IMG/VR virus record: IMGVR_UViG_3300010388_000098
Location: 1 to 39,465 of that record
DNA: 39,465 nt
Reading direction: 5' to 3' (one strand)
Source: a virus
Position 1 is the first letter of the stretch; the number at the start of each line of letters is the position of its first letter. This document shows, in pieces, positions 8,847-17,985 of the stretch. Below the pieces are notes generated by a model. The model ran no database searches. It was given only the letters and a program-made list of their open reading frames with translations, and had not been told where the DNA came from. The position numbers were made by a program, and so were the translations under genes.

Positions 8847-10517
8847 TTACGCCGAAACGATTCCTGATACAACGCCGTTCCATGCTGGCGCGTAGCACAT
8901 GAATGTGCCGCGGAAGTATGTTGAGAAGTCGTAAGAGAATTGATTTACTGGCCATTGAATGCCCATGTAATCCTGCACCATGATATTCGCCCAAACATCA
9001 GATACCTCAGTATCAGGGATTGGAAGAGTGTAGGAAAGGACAGGTGCAACGCCCTGTGGAAGCCAAGGATGGACTGTTAGATCCACCATCTTGCCGGTGA
9101 TTTCGTTATTGAGCGCGCCAATAACTGCTCCACCAACATAGTCGCCTGTTTCTGTCTGAGCAAGAGTCAAGCGATAGTTCGCAGTTGAACCATTCTTGAT
9201 TGTGTCAGAGAGTTGCTTGCGATCTGCTCCATTAAGAAGGATCTCATCAGGATCACCCTTTACATTCTCATAGAGAGTTCCAAACACAGTCTGGAATTCT
9301 GCACCCGGATTAGAGGTTGAGAATGTTGAGTTGATTGTATTGATTGCACCAGAAAGCGCAGGGTTAAGAACAGTTGGAAGGATTCCATCATAACCTGTGT
9401 CGTATGCTGATGTGTTTGTTGTAACTGTTGAAGCAAGAACGCCGGTTGTTGTATATGGCGCTGTATTGCCAGCAAGAGTTGTTGAAGACGCACCCTGAAC
9501 AACAAATGTTGTTGATGTTGTGCGGCCTTGGTATGTAGCATTCGCTGCGCCTGTTGTTGTACCGACATAGATGCGGTATCCAAGTGCGCCAGAAACTGCT
9601 GATACATCGATCTGGAGAACATCGCCTGATGCGACTGCTGCTGATTGAACAGAAGTCAAAGTTGATTGACCGAATGCTCCAGCGTCAGTTGTTACATAGA
9701 CATAGTAAGTAGCGGCAGCAAGAGCAACCTGTGATCCTGATGCTACTGGTGATGTGAGAGTTACTGTTGTTGGTGCAGCAAGTGCTCCAGAGTAACCTGA
9801 TGCAGTTCCGCGAGCCATCAACATCATGCGCTCTTCCATCAACATAGTTGCGTAGAGAGTTGAAGTTGAAGACAACTGACGGAGATCCTGATACCCAAGA
9901 CCTGAGAAGTTTGCGTCAAACGAAACCTGATCAGAAAGTGAGTAAGAGTTATATGGAAGCACTAGATCATCAGCGGTGTAAGAGATCTGTGGACCACGCT
10001 CGTACATAAGCGGTGTTGATGCGCCCGGTGCGAAATCGTTTTGTGTGGTCTGAGTAATACCCGGCCAGATATTTCCTTGTCCGCCAGTACCTGTACCTGT
10101 GTAACCTGTGATGCGCTTGATGCGGTGTGAAGTACCGATACCCTTTTTACGCACGATCTTGTTACGAAGTGGAGTTGGGCGTGGTGTGAGCAACTTTGCA
10201 GGTGCTTCGAGATCGAAGGCTGCGAAAGATGTTGAGAGTGGGCTTGTAAGTGTAATTTCCTTTGCGATATCCGCAGAGATTGCACGCTGGTTAGCGAGTG
10301 CTGAATTTACAGATGCAAGCGCATCAGGTGAAAGTGACTTGTTTGCAACAAGCGCTTCCATTGTTGCTACTGGATCAGCCTGTGGAGCCTGTCCTGGCAT
10401 TGTTGTTGGACGAGCGAATGACTTGTTGAGTTCGCCTAAGTAGGCTTCCTGCAACTGCGCCGCTTCTACTGGTGCAACATCGCCGAACAGATCCTTAGCC
10501 TTTGGCATTTGAGCCAT
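8847..10517 (-). CDS. Major capsid protein (HK97-fold-like) with an internal Ig/FN3-like S/T/A-rich insertion
   Basis: 556 aa, directly after the protease/scaffold gene. It has an LMEERMMLMARG spine-helix-like segment. A ~100-aa beta-rich insert (ATYYVYVTTDAG...LGYRIYVGTTTG) interrupts the fold. Confidence 0.6.
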   Translation of the reverse strand: MAQMPKAKDLFGDVAPVEAAQLQEAYLGELNKSFARPTTMPGQAPQADPVATMEALVANKSLSPDALASVNSALANQRAISADIAKEITLTSPLSTSFAAFDLEAPAKLLTPRPTPLRNKIVRKKGIGTSHRIKRITGYTGTGTGGQGNIWPGITQTTQNDFAPGASTPLMYERGPQISYTADDLVLPYNSYSLSDQVSFDANFSGLGYQDLRQLSSTSTLYATMLMEERMMLMARGTASGYSGALAAPTTVTLTSPVASGSQVALAAATYYVYVTTDAGAFGQSTLTSVQSAAVASGDVLQIDVSAVSGALGYRIYVGTTTGAANATYQGRTTSTTFVVQGASSTTLAGNTAPYTTTGVLASTVTTNTSAYDTGYDGILPTVLNPALSGAINTINSTFSTSNPGAEFQTVFGTLYENVKGDPDEILLNGADRKQLSDTIKNGSTANYRLTLAQTETGDYVGGAVIGALNNEITGKMVDLTVHPWLPQGVAPVLSYTLPIPDTEVSDVWANIMVQDYMGIQWPVNQFSYDFSTYFRGTFMCYAPAWNGVVSGIVSA

Positions 10518-10543
10518 GGGTTAGTTTCCTTTTCGTTAGAGTG

Positions 10544-12319
10544 TTAGTTTACGGATTGGGTTGGCTGGATCTTTGCAATCTCTTGATTGTAGAGTTCCAT
10601 GTAGCCCTTGCGAAGAACTGAATCAGTTGTCGCATCTGCCTTTGACTTCAAGATTGAAGCCTTGACGAGAATGTCGTTCTGAGATCCTTCGCTCATTTTT
10701 GTCGCTGATCGCTTTGGACCACCTGCGACTGTTTTTGTTAGTGCCGTTGCTAGTTCAGCCTCAAGGTTTACCGCTTTCTCTACTGCGGCCTCTTTATCCG
10801 CTCGCAGAGAAGCAATCTCAGCCTCTACCGATTTCATAGCACTCTTCACGGCTTTCTCCACCACATCTTCAATAGATGGGGCTTCCCCTTCGGGAGCATC
10901 TGCAGCCTCAGCGGCAGCAGAATCTTCTGTTGTTGCATCTTCGGCAACTTGATCCGCATCGGCGGACTTTTTCTTTTCCTTATCGCGGATGTCCGTCTCT
11001 GGAGCAACCTCGTCATCATCTTCCTCAGTATCAGGAGCCTGATCTGATTCTTCCTCTTCGGTTGAATCGTCCGGCTTTACTGCCTTGGACATACACTCGA
11101 CGCACTTGCCGCACTTGCCATCTGCGCACTCAGCATCGGCAGCCTTCTCTTCAAGGACATCGACAACTTCCTTGACTTCGCCTTCATGCTCTTCGCCGTG
11201 ATACCAATCCATCAGCGCATTAACTGCGGCCGCAAGAGTCGCGAGTGAATAGCGCTCGTCATGGCCTTCCTTCATCTCAAGTGCTTCGGCAGCGATTAGT
11301 TCCGCGAGAGCCTTGCGAGCGTTATCAAATAGTGTTTTGTCGAACTTTGCTACATCGATAGTGGTCAAAGATTTTGCCAACTCCTCGATCTGTTTCAATT
11401 GTTCCATCTTTGACCCCTTTGTGGTTTCGGTTTCTTCGGCGACAAGTTCTTCTACTTGCACCAAACTTGTTTCGCCTTCAACTGTCTTTGCGAGAATCAA
11501 CTTCGCGCTTGGATTGGCAGGGCGATCTACCAAAGATACTTCAATGATCTGTCCGTCAATGATTCGGCCATTCGCAGCCTTTGTGTCCTGAATGACGCGT
11601 GGAGATTTGATCCCAATACTGAATCCTTGATACACGCCGGTTTCGCATTTCTTTACTGCCATTGCATCGACAACATGAACGCCAATGTAATGTCCGTCTG
11701 CCTTTGCTTCGTATTCTTTTGCGATTCCCGCAGCGCTCGGACCATGCATCTCTCGAACATTTCCGCCTGACTTAAACCAGCGAGGCATTGCATCATTGAG
11801 CCACTTTGGATCGCAGATCTGAGAATCAAGATCAAGAGTGTCGTCTGTTGCCTTGCCATAGACAAACGCAGTTCCATCCTCTTGCTTTTCAAATTTTACG
11901 ATCTCCGCATAACTTGTTGTGAAATCCATCGCCATAGTTTTGTCCTTTTTGTCTTGTTCGTTAGAAATTTTGTTTGCCCATGATTTCCCTGCATCTCCGC
12001 CCCATAAGAGCCAAGCAATATACCCGGCGGAATCTTTTCCCCATCCTTCGCCTTTTTTATCGACTTCGTGACGCGCAAAATACGAAACCATTCGCTTGAT
12101 TGTGCTGAACGAAACGGCGCGGCCGTTAGATAGATCGCGAGCGCGAGCGACGCCAATTTCTGTTCCGCCTCTGCCATGCTCTTCTCGAAGTTCGAGGCCG
12201 CGCTTTGCGTTATCGCGCACATTTTGGGGAGGGACAAATCCTTCGGACTTTTCAATCTCTTCGATCACCCGGAATCCTTTGCGTTCATTCGAGCCCTCTG
12301 TGTCTATATGGTACGGCAT
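10544..12319 (-). CDS. Prohead protease (S78/HK97-like core) fused to an acidic coiled-coil scaffold region
   Basis: 591 aa. The middle region reads FVYGKATDDTLDLD...NVREMHG...GFSIGIK...IEVSLVDRPANPSAKL, which parallels the HK97 prohead protease His/Ser and EVSLV..PAN motifs. The C-terminal ~250 aa are helical and very acidic. It lies between the MuF-like gene and the capsid gene. Confidence 0.55.
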   Translation of the reverse strand: MPYHIDTEGSNERKGFRVIEEIEKSEGFVPPQNVRDNAKRGLELREEHGRGGTEIGVARARDLSNGRAVSFSTIKRMVSYFARHEVDKKGEGWGKDSAGYIAWLLWGGDAGKSWANKISNEQDKKDKTMAMDFTTSYAEIVKFEKQEDGTAFVYGKATDDTLDLDSQICDPKWLNDAMPRWFKSGGNVREMHGPSAAGIAKEYEAKADGHYIGVHVVDAMAVKKCETGVYQGFSIGIKSPRVIQDTKAANGRIIDGQIIEVSLVDRPANPSAKLILAKTVEGETSLVQVEELVAEETETTKGSKMEQLKQIEELAKSLTTIDVAKFDKTLFDNARKALAELIAAEALEMKEGHDERYSLATLAAAVNALMDWYHGEEHEGEVKEVVDVLEEKAADAECADGKCGKCVECMSKAVKPDDSTEEEESDQAPDTEEDDDEVAPETDIRDKEKKKSADADQVAEDATTEDSAAAEAADAPEGEAPSIEDVVEKAVKSAMKSVEAEIASLRADKEAAVEKAVNLEAELATALTKTVAGGPKRSATKMSEGSQNDILVKASILKSKADATTDSVLRKGYMELYNQEIAKIQPTQSVN

Positions 12320-13131
12320 TACTCGTATCCTCCGTCATCATTTGATTGCGGCAAGTCTGAATCATCAAAAACCGGAGCGATCGCGCACATACAATTGGGA
12401 TGGGCTGGAGGCTCGGTATCTCCGGTCGGAAAGACATCGTTGATCCCAATGGGAGAAGCGTCTGCGTTCTCTTGGCAATCATCGCATCCATCGGCAACTA
12501 GCCACTCGACCTGCTCGACATTGTTCTCTTGATAAGAATCGCGGGTTGCTACCGACATGGCTCGAGCCGTCTCGGTGCGAGCGATCATCAAGGCGTGCTC
12601 CGGGTCATCAATGATCGCGTCAATCATCTGGCCGATCTTGGCAGGGGAGAATCCCTTTTCCAATCCGTTGTAAAGAGCGGTGCCGATCCGATCAAGTTTT
12701 GTATGGATGATGTCGTCAGCGATGGAGATCTTCTCTCGATCGAGCAGCCACTTGAGGCCGCCCTTAGGCTTGAGCAGCGCCGCAGCGCTCTCCATGCCGG
12801 GAGTCCAATTTGACCAATCAACTACGCCAGCCGATACAGATTTAAGGGCGATCATGCCTAGGATCCGGGCTCTTGCGATCTTATCGCCTAGAACATAACC
12901 ATTGCCGTAGCAGCGATCCAGAGAAGCCTCGAGGGGCTTCCGCTTGGCGTGGATATTGGCGAGCGCCCAATGTCGAGTGCTCTGCGGAGTCATTGATTCG
13001 GCGTTTGGATGCGAATTTTCCCAAGCGCGAACAATTGCCTCAGTATCGAAAGCCTCTTGGAATCCCTTGCGGATCGCCGTGGCATTTGAGGCCATCGTTT
13101 GATGTACCTTTGCTTGCTGAGGCCAATCCAT
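12319..13131 (-). CDS. Minor head protein, Mu F / SPP1 gp7-like
   Basis: 270 aa. ARTETARAMSVATRDSY...EWLVADGCDDCQENAD...PPAHPNCMCAIAP is the characteristic MuF C-terminal motif. Directly downstream of the portal gene. Confidence 0.85.
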   Translation of the reverse strand: MDWPQQAKVHQTMASNATAIRKGFQEAFDTEAIVRAWENSHPNAESMTPQSTRHWALANIHAKRKPLEASLDRCYGNGYVLGDKIARARILGMIALKSVSAGVVDWSNWTPGMESAAALLKPKGGLKWLLDREKISIADDIIHTKLDRIGTALYNGLEKGFSPAKIGQMIDAIIDDPEHALMIARTETARAMSVATRDSYQENNVEQVEWLVADGCDDCQENADASPIGINDVFPTGDTEPPAHPNCMCAIAPVFDDSDLPQSNDDGGYE

Positions 13132-15026
13132 CAGATCCCCAAGTAATGCTCTGCGTACCAGCGGGCGGAATCCACATCCTTTGCTTCGATGAATTTGTTC
13201 AAGATCTCCGCGTAAGTTGGATCAAGATCTACAAACTCGAATGGGCGTGAAGGCGTTCCCTTGCGAGCCCAACGGATAAATTTCTTGACTTCCTCTTCGG
13301 CCTTGATCGGCTTCTCTTCGAGATCTTCCGCAGGCTTTTCTTCAAGATCTGCCTCAGGCTTCTCTTCAAGATCCTCGGGCTTCTCTTCGCTTGGCTGATC
13401 CACCGGCTTGCCCTCTGCATCCAATCCCTCGCTTGCGAGATAGAGAGATGCGGGCTCTGTTGCCGGCTTGATCCCATCATGATCAAAGAAAAACACGCCA
13501 TTTCCGGCGACTAACATAGGCATATCAGCCTCAGGAGTTTCGATTGTTGGCAGGCCAAGATCTGATCGGTACTCATTAAGAGTAAGCGCTCCATTGCGGC
13601 GGCGCAGATCATCGCGTTGAGCGATCTCTTGAGTATTTGTGCGCTCGCTTGGCGCTAACTTAAAGACGAGTTCGCGAGGCATTCCAAGGAATCGGTAAGA
13701 AAGATTTGAGATTACTTCGCTGATCCATGCAGCGGTAGGGATGATTCCAATGGCTTCGGCTGAATCTGATTCTCCAGATTGCAATCCAGAGGCTCCAAGG
13801 CCGCCGGCTCCATTGATTCCGATCTCTGACGGAAGCACTCCGAAGTGGCCGCAGATCGCAGTCACCAAGTAGTTATCCATCGCATCGCTGAACTTCTCAG
13901 AGTATCCCTCTTCAAAATTCAATTTACCGCCGGGAACCAAGATCCGGAGGCGATTGCGCTGAGCAGTTTGGCCATTGAGATCATCGTTGTAGATATCTTC
14001 GTAAGCGCGGATCTGATCAGGAGTGAGGGATGAAGTTTCTGGTAATTCGAGATAAGACTTTGGCATTGTGCCGTCAGTAAATTCTGATCGGATCCATTGC
14101 TGGCGGCGGAGATAGATATCAGCAACAGGCAAGCATCGCTCCGTTGGCGACATTCCATACTGCGACATTGCGCGGCGATTGCGCACAAAGTAAGCAAGAT
14201 CATCAGAGGTGAATTCTCCGTCTGCGTTTTCGTCATCAACTGAGGCGTTGAATTCTGAGCGAGGGAATCCGAACAAGATCTGTTGGTATGCAGGACCAAA
14301 CGAAGGCTCTGGGCGCATTCCGCGATCATCGAGGAGAGGCTTGATTGTTGTTCCGTCAAGGATCTGGAATCCGCGCACTTCGCCTGCAACTGTTGTCTGC
14401 GGCCAGATAGCGAGCGCATCAATTACATCGATCTCTTCGACAAGCATATTGAGCCAATCAACAAATGAAAGGCCGTTCTGTGGATCTGGCGTACTCCAGA
14501 ATGTTCGAAGGCGAGAGATCTCCTCAGCAAACTCTTCTCGCTTTTTAGCAAGAGCGTCAAGATGCGTTCCGCCGGATTCTGCAACAATCAATTCTGTCGC
14601 TGATTCGCTGATCCCGATATCCCAAGACAAGCCGGTCAATTTTGATTTACGAACTTCAATACAACGGCGAATGATGTCGATTTGATCAGCCGCAGCGCGC
14701 AGAGTCTTGAATGGAACAAGGCGGTTATCGTTTACATTTATATTGCCCGCAACTTGGAATTCCCATTTACGCGGAGCAGGGCGGCCTGTCTCTGGATCGA
14801 GCGGATTGATTGCGCCCGGACGGAGAGGCATTCCCGGAGCAAACGGAACATTGTAAAAGAATGGATTACGCTCAAGAGGACGCGCAACATTTCCATACTG
14901 TTGCTGCGCGATGCCGGCAAGTTGCGTCATCTGTTGAGTCGATAAGACTGCGCCATTCCCATCAGCAACCGGTGCCTTAGCGATCTCAGTCGCGAGCCGC
15001 TGTATTGCTTTGTCGAAGAGTCCCAA
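13131..15026 (-). CDS. Portal protein
   Basis: 631 aa. TTG start (15026) 7 nt after AGGAG. The size, the position upstream of MuF and the acidic C-terminal tail fit a portal. The C-terminus carries EEKPxxDL repeats. Confidence 0.8.
   Translation of the reverse strand: MGLFDKAIQRLATEIAKAPVADGNGAVLSTQQMTQLAGIAQQQYGNVARPLERNPFFYNVPFAPGMPLRPGAINPLDPETGRPAPRKWEFQVAGNINVNDNRLVPFKTLRAAADQIDIIRRCIEVRKSKLTGLSWDIGISESATELIVAESGGTHLDALAKKREEFAEEISRLRTFWSTPDPQNGLSFVDWLNMLVEEIDVIDALAIWPQTTVAGEVRGFQILDGTTIKPLLDDRGMRPEPSFGPAYQQILFGFPRSEFNASVDDENADGEFTSDDLAYFVRNRRAMSQYGMSPTERCLPVADIYLRRQQWIRSEFTDGTMPKSYLELPETSSLTPDQIRAYEDIYNDDLNGQTAQRNRLRILVPGGKLNFEEGYSEKFSDAMDNYLVTAICGHFGVLPSEIGINGAGGLGASGLQSGESDSAEAIGIIPTAAWISEVISNLSYRFLGMPRELVFKLAPSERTNTQEIAQRDDLRRRNGALTLNEYRSDLGLPTIETPEADMPMLVAGNGVFFFDHDGIKPATEPASLYLASEGLDAEGKPVDQPSEEKPEDLEEKPEADLEEKPAEDLEEKPIKAEEEVKKFIRWARKGTPSRPFEFVDLDPTYAEILNKFIEAKDVDSARWYAEHYLGI
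13302..13391 (-). repeat. About 3.5 tandem 24-bp (8-codon) repeats inside the portal 3' region
   Basis: Plus-strand ggcttctcttc[g/a]agatc units recur at about 13309, 13333, 13357 and 13378. They encode EEKPEDL/EEKPEADL/EEKPAEDL/EEKPIKA. Confidence 0.75.
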
Positions 15027-15039
15027 TTGTTGCTCCTAT

Positions 15040-15048
15040 TGGTATAGT
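15040..15048 (+). promoter_or_regulatory. Extended -10-like box TGgTATAGT, 6 nt upstream of ATG 15055 (possible leaderless start)
   Basis: tggtatagt at 15040-15048, then gcttgt, then ATG. There is no purine-rich SD in between, unlike most genes here. Confidence 0.35.
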
Positions 15049-15054
15049 GCTTGT

Positions 15055-16053
15055 ATGAATTTAGTAGAGAAGGCAGTCAAGAACGGTGGCAAGTTAGCAC
15101 CTCTTATCATATCTCACGGACTCACTTCCGGAACCGGGTTGATGAATCCTAGCGTGTTTGTAGATGATGATGGGGATATTCTGGTCAATCTTCGTCATGT
15201 TAATTACACCCTCTACCATGCAGAGAATGAGCAAAGATTTAACTCTCGGTTCGGACCACTCTCTTACTTGCATCCCGAGAGAGATCAGAGATTGGCGACC
15301 GAGAATTATTTGTGCCGCCTCGATGCTGATCTCAACATGACCGATTATGCCAAGGTTGAGATGCAAGAATTGCACACCCCGATCTGGGAATTCCATGGCC
15401 TCGAGGATGCTCGCCTTGTTCAATGGGAAGGCAAGCATTACCTGATTGGCGTCCGCCGCGATACCACCACAAATGGCGAGGGGCGTATGGAATATAGCCA
15501 AGTGGAGATCGACAAATCAGATTGGAAGATCAAAGAGATCCATCGCAAGAGGATCACCGCTCCGGCTCCGAATGACTCCTACTGTGAGAAGAACTGGATG
15601 CCGATCGCTGATCAGCCTCACCGCTTTATCAAGTGGACAATGCCAACAGAGATTGTCTCCAATAGCCCGCTCGATGATCTACCAACCGAACAGATCGCTC
15701 TGATCCATACTCCGGCTGCCCCGGCTGATCAGCGCGGAGGATCTCAGATCATCAAATGGGGCTCGATGTATATCTGCATTACGCACGAGGTCAATCTTTT
15801 CAGGAATTACCTCGATCAAAAGGATGCAATCTACCGCCACCGCCTGATTGTTTGGGATGAGCGCTTTAATTTTGCCGGCATGAGTCAGCCTTTCAGTTTC
15901 CTCGATGCTCGGATTGAATTCTGCGTAGGCGCTGCCGCCTATGATGGGGATCTTCTCTTATCTTTCGGCTTCCAAGACAACGCCGCTTTTGTGCTGAGAA
16001 CGCCAAAGTTAGTTGTTGAGGATCTAATCTTGGAGGCTTTGCGCTATGAATAG
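15055..16053 (+). CDS. GH130/DUF377-like beta-propeller glycan-active protein (tentative)
   Basis: 333 aa from ATG 15055; the track ORF starts at TTG 15010, inside the portal 5' end. The motif series LMNPSVF..., GLEDARLVQWEGKHYLIGVRRD and EKNWMPI parallels the NP / EDPR / KN..P blade motifs of GH130 mannoside phosphorylases. Confidence 0.4.
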   Translation: MNLVEKAVKNGGKLAPLIISHGLTSGTGLMNPSVFVDDDGDILVNLRHVNYTLYHAENEQRFNSRFGPLSYLHPERDQRLATENYLCRLDADLNMTDYAKVEMQELHTPIWEFHGLEDARLVQWEGKHYLIGVRRDTTTNGEGRMEYSQVEIDKSDWKIKEIHRKRITAPAPNDSYCEKNWMPIADQPHRFIKWTMPTEIVSNSPLDDLPTEQIALIHTPAAPADQRGGSQIIKWGSMYICITHEVNLFRNYLDQKDAIYRHRLIVWDERFNFAGMSQPFSFLDARIEFCVGAAAYDGDLLLSFGFQDNAAFVLRTPKLVVEDLILEALRYE

Positions 16054-16603
16054 TATTTCAAATCTTATTGTTGAACTCTCGAAGGATCCGTTCAATCCGG
16101 ACATCAACTTTGATTGTGCGGAAGAATATCTTCGCAATAACCAGACCGCCAGCGCCGTGTCCTTTTACTTACGCTGCGTTGAGTATGATCGCGAGGAGTC
16201 AGCCCTTGGCTACGCTTCCCTCTTGAGAATGGCTCAATGCTTTGATGATCAGCGAGGCCGCGAACTATCCGTGACCAATTGCCTCCTGCAAGCGATCGCG
16301 TATGACGATACCCGCCCTGAGGCTTACTGGATGCTCTCTCGATTCCATGAGCAGGCCGGCCATTGGCAGGAGTCCTACACTTTTGCATCGATCGGCCTCG
16401 GCTGGAGCCATGGGAACGATGATCTTCCGGCAGATTTTGGCTTTCATGGAACCCTTGCTCTTGAGTTCCAACTCGCTCTTGCCGCTTGGTGGATCGGCCG
16501 CAAAGATGAATCCTTGCAGCGATTCCTTGCCTTGGATGCAAACCCTGATCTGCCAGAGATCTATCGAAGCCCGATCAAGATGAATCTGGAGAAGATGAAA
16601 TGA
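16046..16603 (+). CDS. TPR-like helical repeat protein
   Basis: 185 aa with an 8-nt overlap onto the upstream gene. Repeated A/Y/W-rich helical hairpins (ASAVSFYLRCVEYD, PEAYWMLSRFHEQAGHWQESY). Confidence 0.5.
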   Translation: MNSISNLIVELSKDPFNPDINFDCAEEYLRNNQTASAVSFYLRCVEYDREESALGYASLLRMAQCFDDQRGRELSVTNCLLQAIAYDDTRPEAYWMLSRFHEQAGHWQESYTFASIGLGWSHGNDDLPADFGFHGTLALEFQLALAAWWIGRKDESLQRFLALDANPDLPEIYRSPIKMNLEKMK

Positions 16604-17268
16604 GCAAACTCGCGTTTGATATTGGAGCCAATCGAGGCGACTGGACTCTTGCTGCGCTCGCTCAAGGATACAGAGTAATCGCTCTGGAGCCTGCGCCCCG
16701 GATCTTTGGCGAATTGGTCAAGAATTTTATCTACAACGCTGATGTGATCCCTCTAAAATATGCCGTCAGCGGATCCGATTACCAGCGGATCGAGTTCTTC
16801 GAGGCCGAGGAGGATGGCCTTTCCACGATCAACGAGGATTGGCTCACCGATGAGACTCTGCCTTATGCTGGCAAGCCTTACCGGACAATCGCTGCCAATA
16901 CCATCACGGTCGATGAATTGGCTCGGATCTATGGAACGCCTGATCTGATCAAGATCGATGTTGAAGGAGCCGAATGGCAGGTCTTCAAGGGATTGTCTTC
17001 CAAGATGGGGATGATCTCGTTCGAATGGACATACGCCACTTGGATCGAGCATCTCGAGCAGATCAGATACCTCCAGATCGGCGGATACACGGAGATCGCG
17101 CCCCAATTTATCGAGCGCCATTGTGAGATCCCTGAAATCTGGTATCCCCTTGAGGGCTTCGATCTAGGCCTGTGGCATGATCAGGAGGCTCCGCTTTGGG
17201 AGGCTGGAGGCTGGAAAAGATCCAATCTCCGCCCAACGGCCGATGTAGGAATGATATTTGTTCGGTAA
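16600..17268 (+). CDS. FkbM-family SAM-dependent methyltransferase
   Basis: 222 aa with an ATGA overlap onto the upstream gene. FDIGANRGDWT (SAM motif) and IKIDVEGAEWQVFKG are the hallmark FkbM motifs. Confidence 0.8.
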   Translation: MSKLAFDIGANRGDWTLAALAQGYRVIALEPAPRIFGELVKNFIYNADVIPLKYAVSGSDYQRIEFFEAEEDGLSTINEDWLTDETLPYAGKPYRTIAANTITVDELARIYGTPDLIKIDVEGAEWQVFKGLSSKMGMISFEWTYATWIEHLEQIRYLQIGGYTEIAPQFIERHCEIPEIWYPLEGFDLGLWHDQEAPLWEAGGWKRSNLRPTADVGMIFVR

Positions 17269-17283
17269 ATCTGCCGGAAATGC

Positions 17284-17338
17284 TTGCACATTCTTGCCAG
17301 ATCTGATGTAGTAATCACATCAAAGAGCCCCCCGGCTC
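17284..17338 (+). promoter_or_regulatory. Promoter module PC: -35 TTGCAC, 17 bp, -10-like TGTAGT, 12 nt, GAGCC-CCCC-GGCTC hairpin
   Basis: -35 at 17284-17289, -10 at 17307-17312, palindrome at 17325-17338, then GAAAGAGGCAAGATC and ATG 17360. Spacing is the same as in PA and PB. Confidence 0.55.
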
Positions 17339-17359
17339 CCTATCGAAAGAGGCAAGATC

Positions 17360-17761
17360 ATGGCATCAATGAGCGGCAAGATCCACAGTTGCAACGATTG
17401 CGGACTCGATGTTGTTTGGGCAATCTCAAAGAATGGTAAGAAATATCTCGCAAGCATCCAAGAGTGGAGCGGCGACATGACTTTTGCAGTTCGCGTTTTC
17501 CTTCCATCTCACAAGTGCACACCAAACGCTGAATGGCAGCGAATCAATGCCGCAGCCGAGGCTTCGATTCTTGCCGAAGGCCGTTTGGTTAAAGGCCAAG
17601 AGATCGAAGTGATCAAGGGTCGCAAAGTTGCAAAGGGAACAACCGGGATCATCTTTTGGGTATCTGATGAGGCTGATCGCGTTGGCTTTAAGAACGCAGA
17701 GGGAGAATCTTTCTTCATCGCTGCATCGAATGTAATCGCTACCAATCAAAAGGCGGCTTAA
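17360..17761 (+). CDS. Hypothetical protein (N-terminal Cys/His cluster, C-terminal KOW/SH3-like segment)
   Basis: 133 aa with the strong SD GAAAGAGG. CNDCG...HKC at the N-terminus and GQEIEVIKGRKVAKGTTGIIFWV at the C-terminus. Confidence 0.65.
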   Translation: MASMSGKIHSCNDCGLDVVWAISKNGKKYLASIQEWSGDMTFAVRVFLPSHKCTPNAEWQRINAAAEASILAEGRLVKGQEIEVIKGRKVAKGTTGIIFWVSDEADRVGFKNAEGESFFIAASNVIATNQKAA

Positions 17762-17763
17762 TC

Positions 17764-17985
17764 ATGGCGCGCAATAACTCCCGCAATCAGCGCCATCGCT
17801 GCAATCATTGCTCTCGCGAGGCCTACATTACTTTGCCAGTTGTTAATCTGATGAATATCCTCGTGAGTGAAACTCTTTGCGTCAAGCATTACTCAACATC
17901 AGTCTTTTGCGATTATGCAAAGCACGAAGATGGCCGCCCTTGCACAACTGAATGCCGATACATCAAGATCAAGGATGTGGCGTAA
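17764..17985 (+). CDS. Hypothetical Cys-rich small protein
   Basis: 73 aa; starts 3 nt after the upstream stop. Multiple Cys/His residues (CNHC, C..HY, C..EC). Confidence 0.5.
   Translation: MARNNSRNQRHRCNHCSREAYITLPVVNLMNILVSETLCVKHYSTSVFCDYAKHEDGRPCTTECRYIKIKDVA

Noticed and set aside
8681-8872. 63-aa ORF and the N-terminal extension of ORF 8457-8744
   Set aside because: Both run through the tRNA-Gln gene (8734-8804). The downstream gene has a better start at ATG 8711 with an SD.
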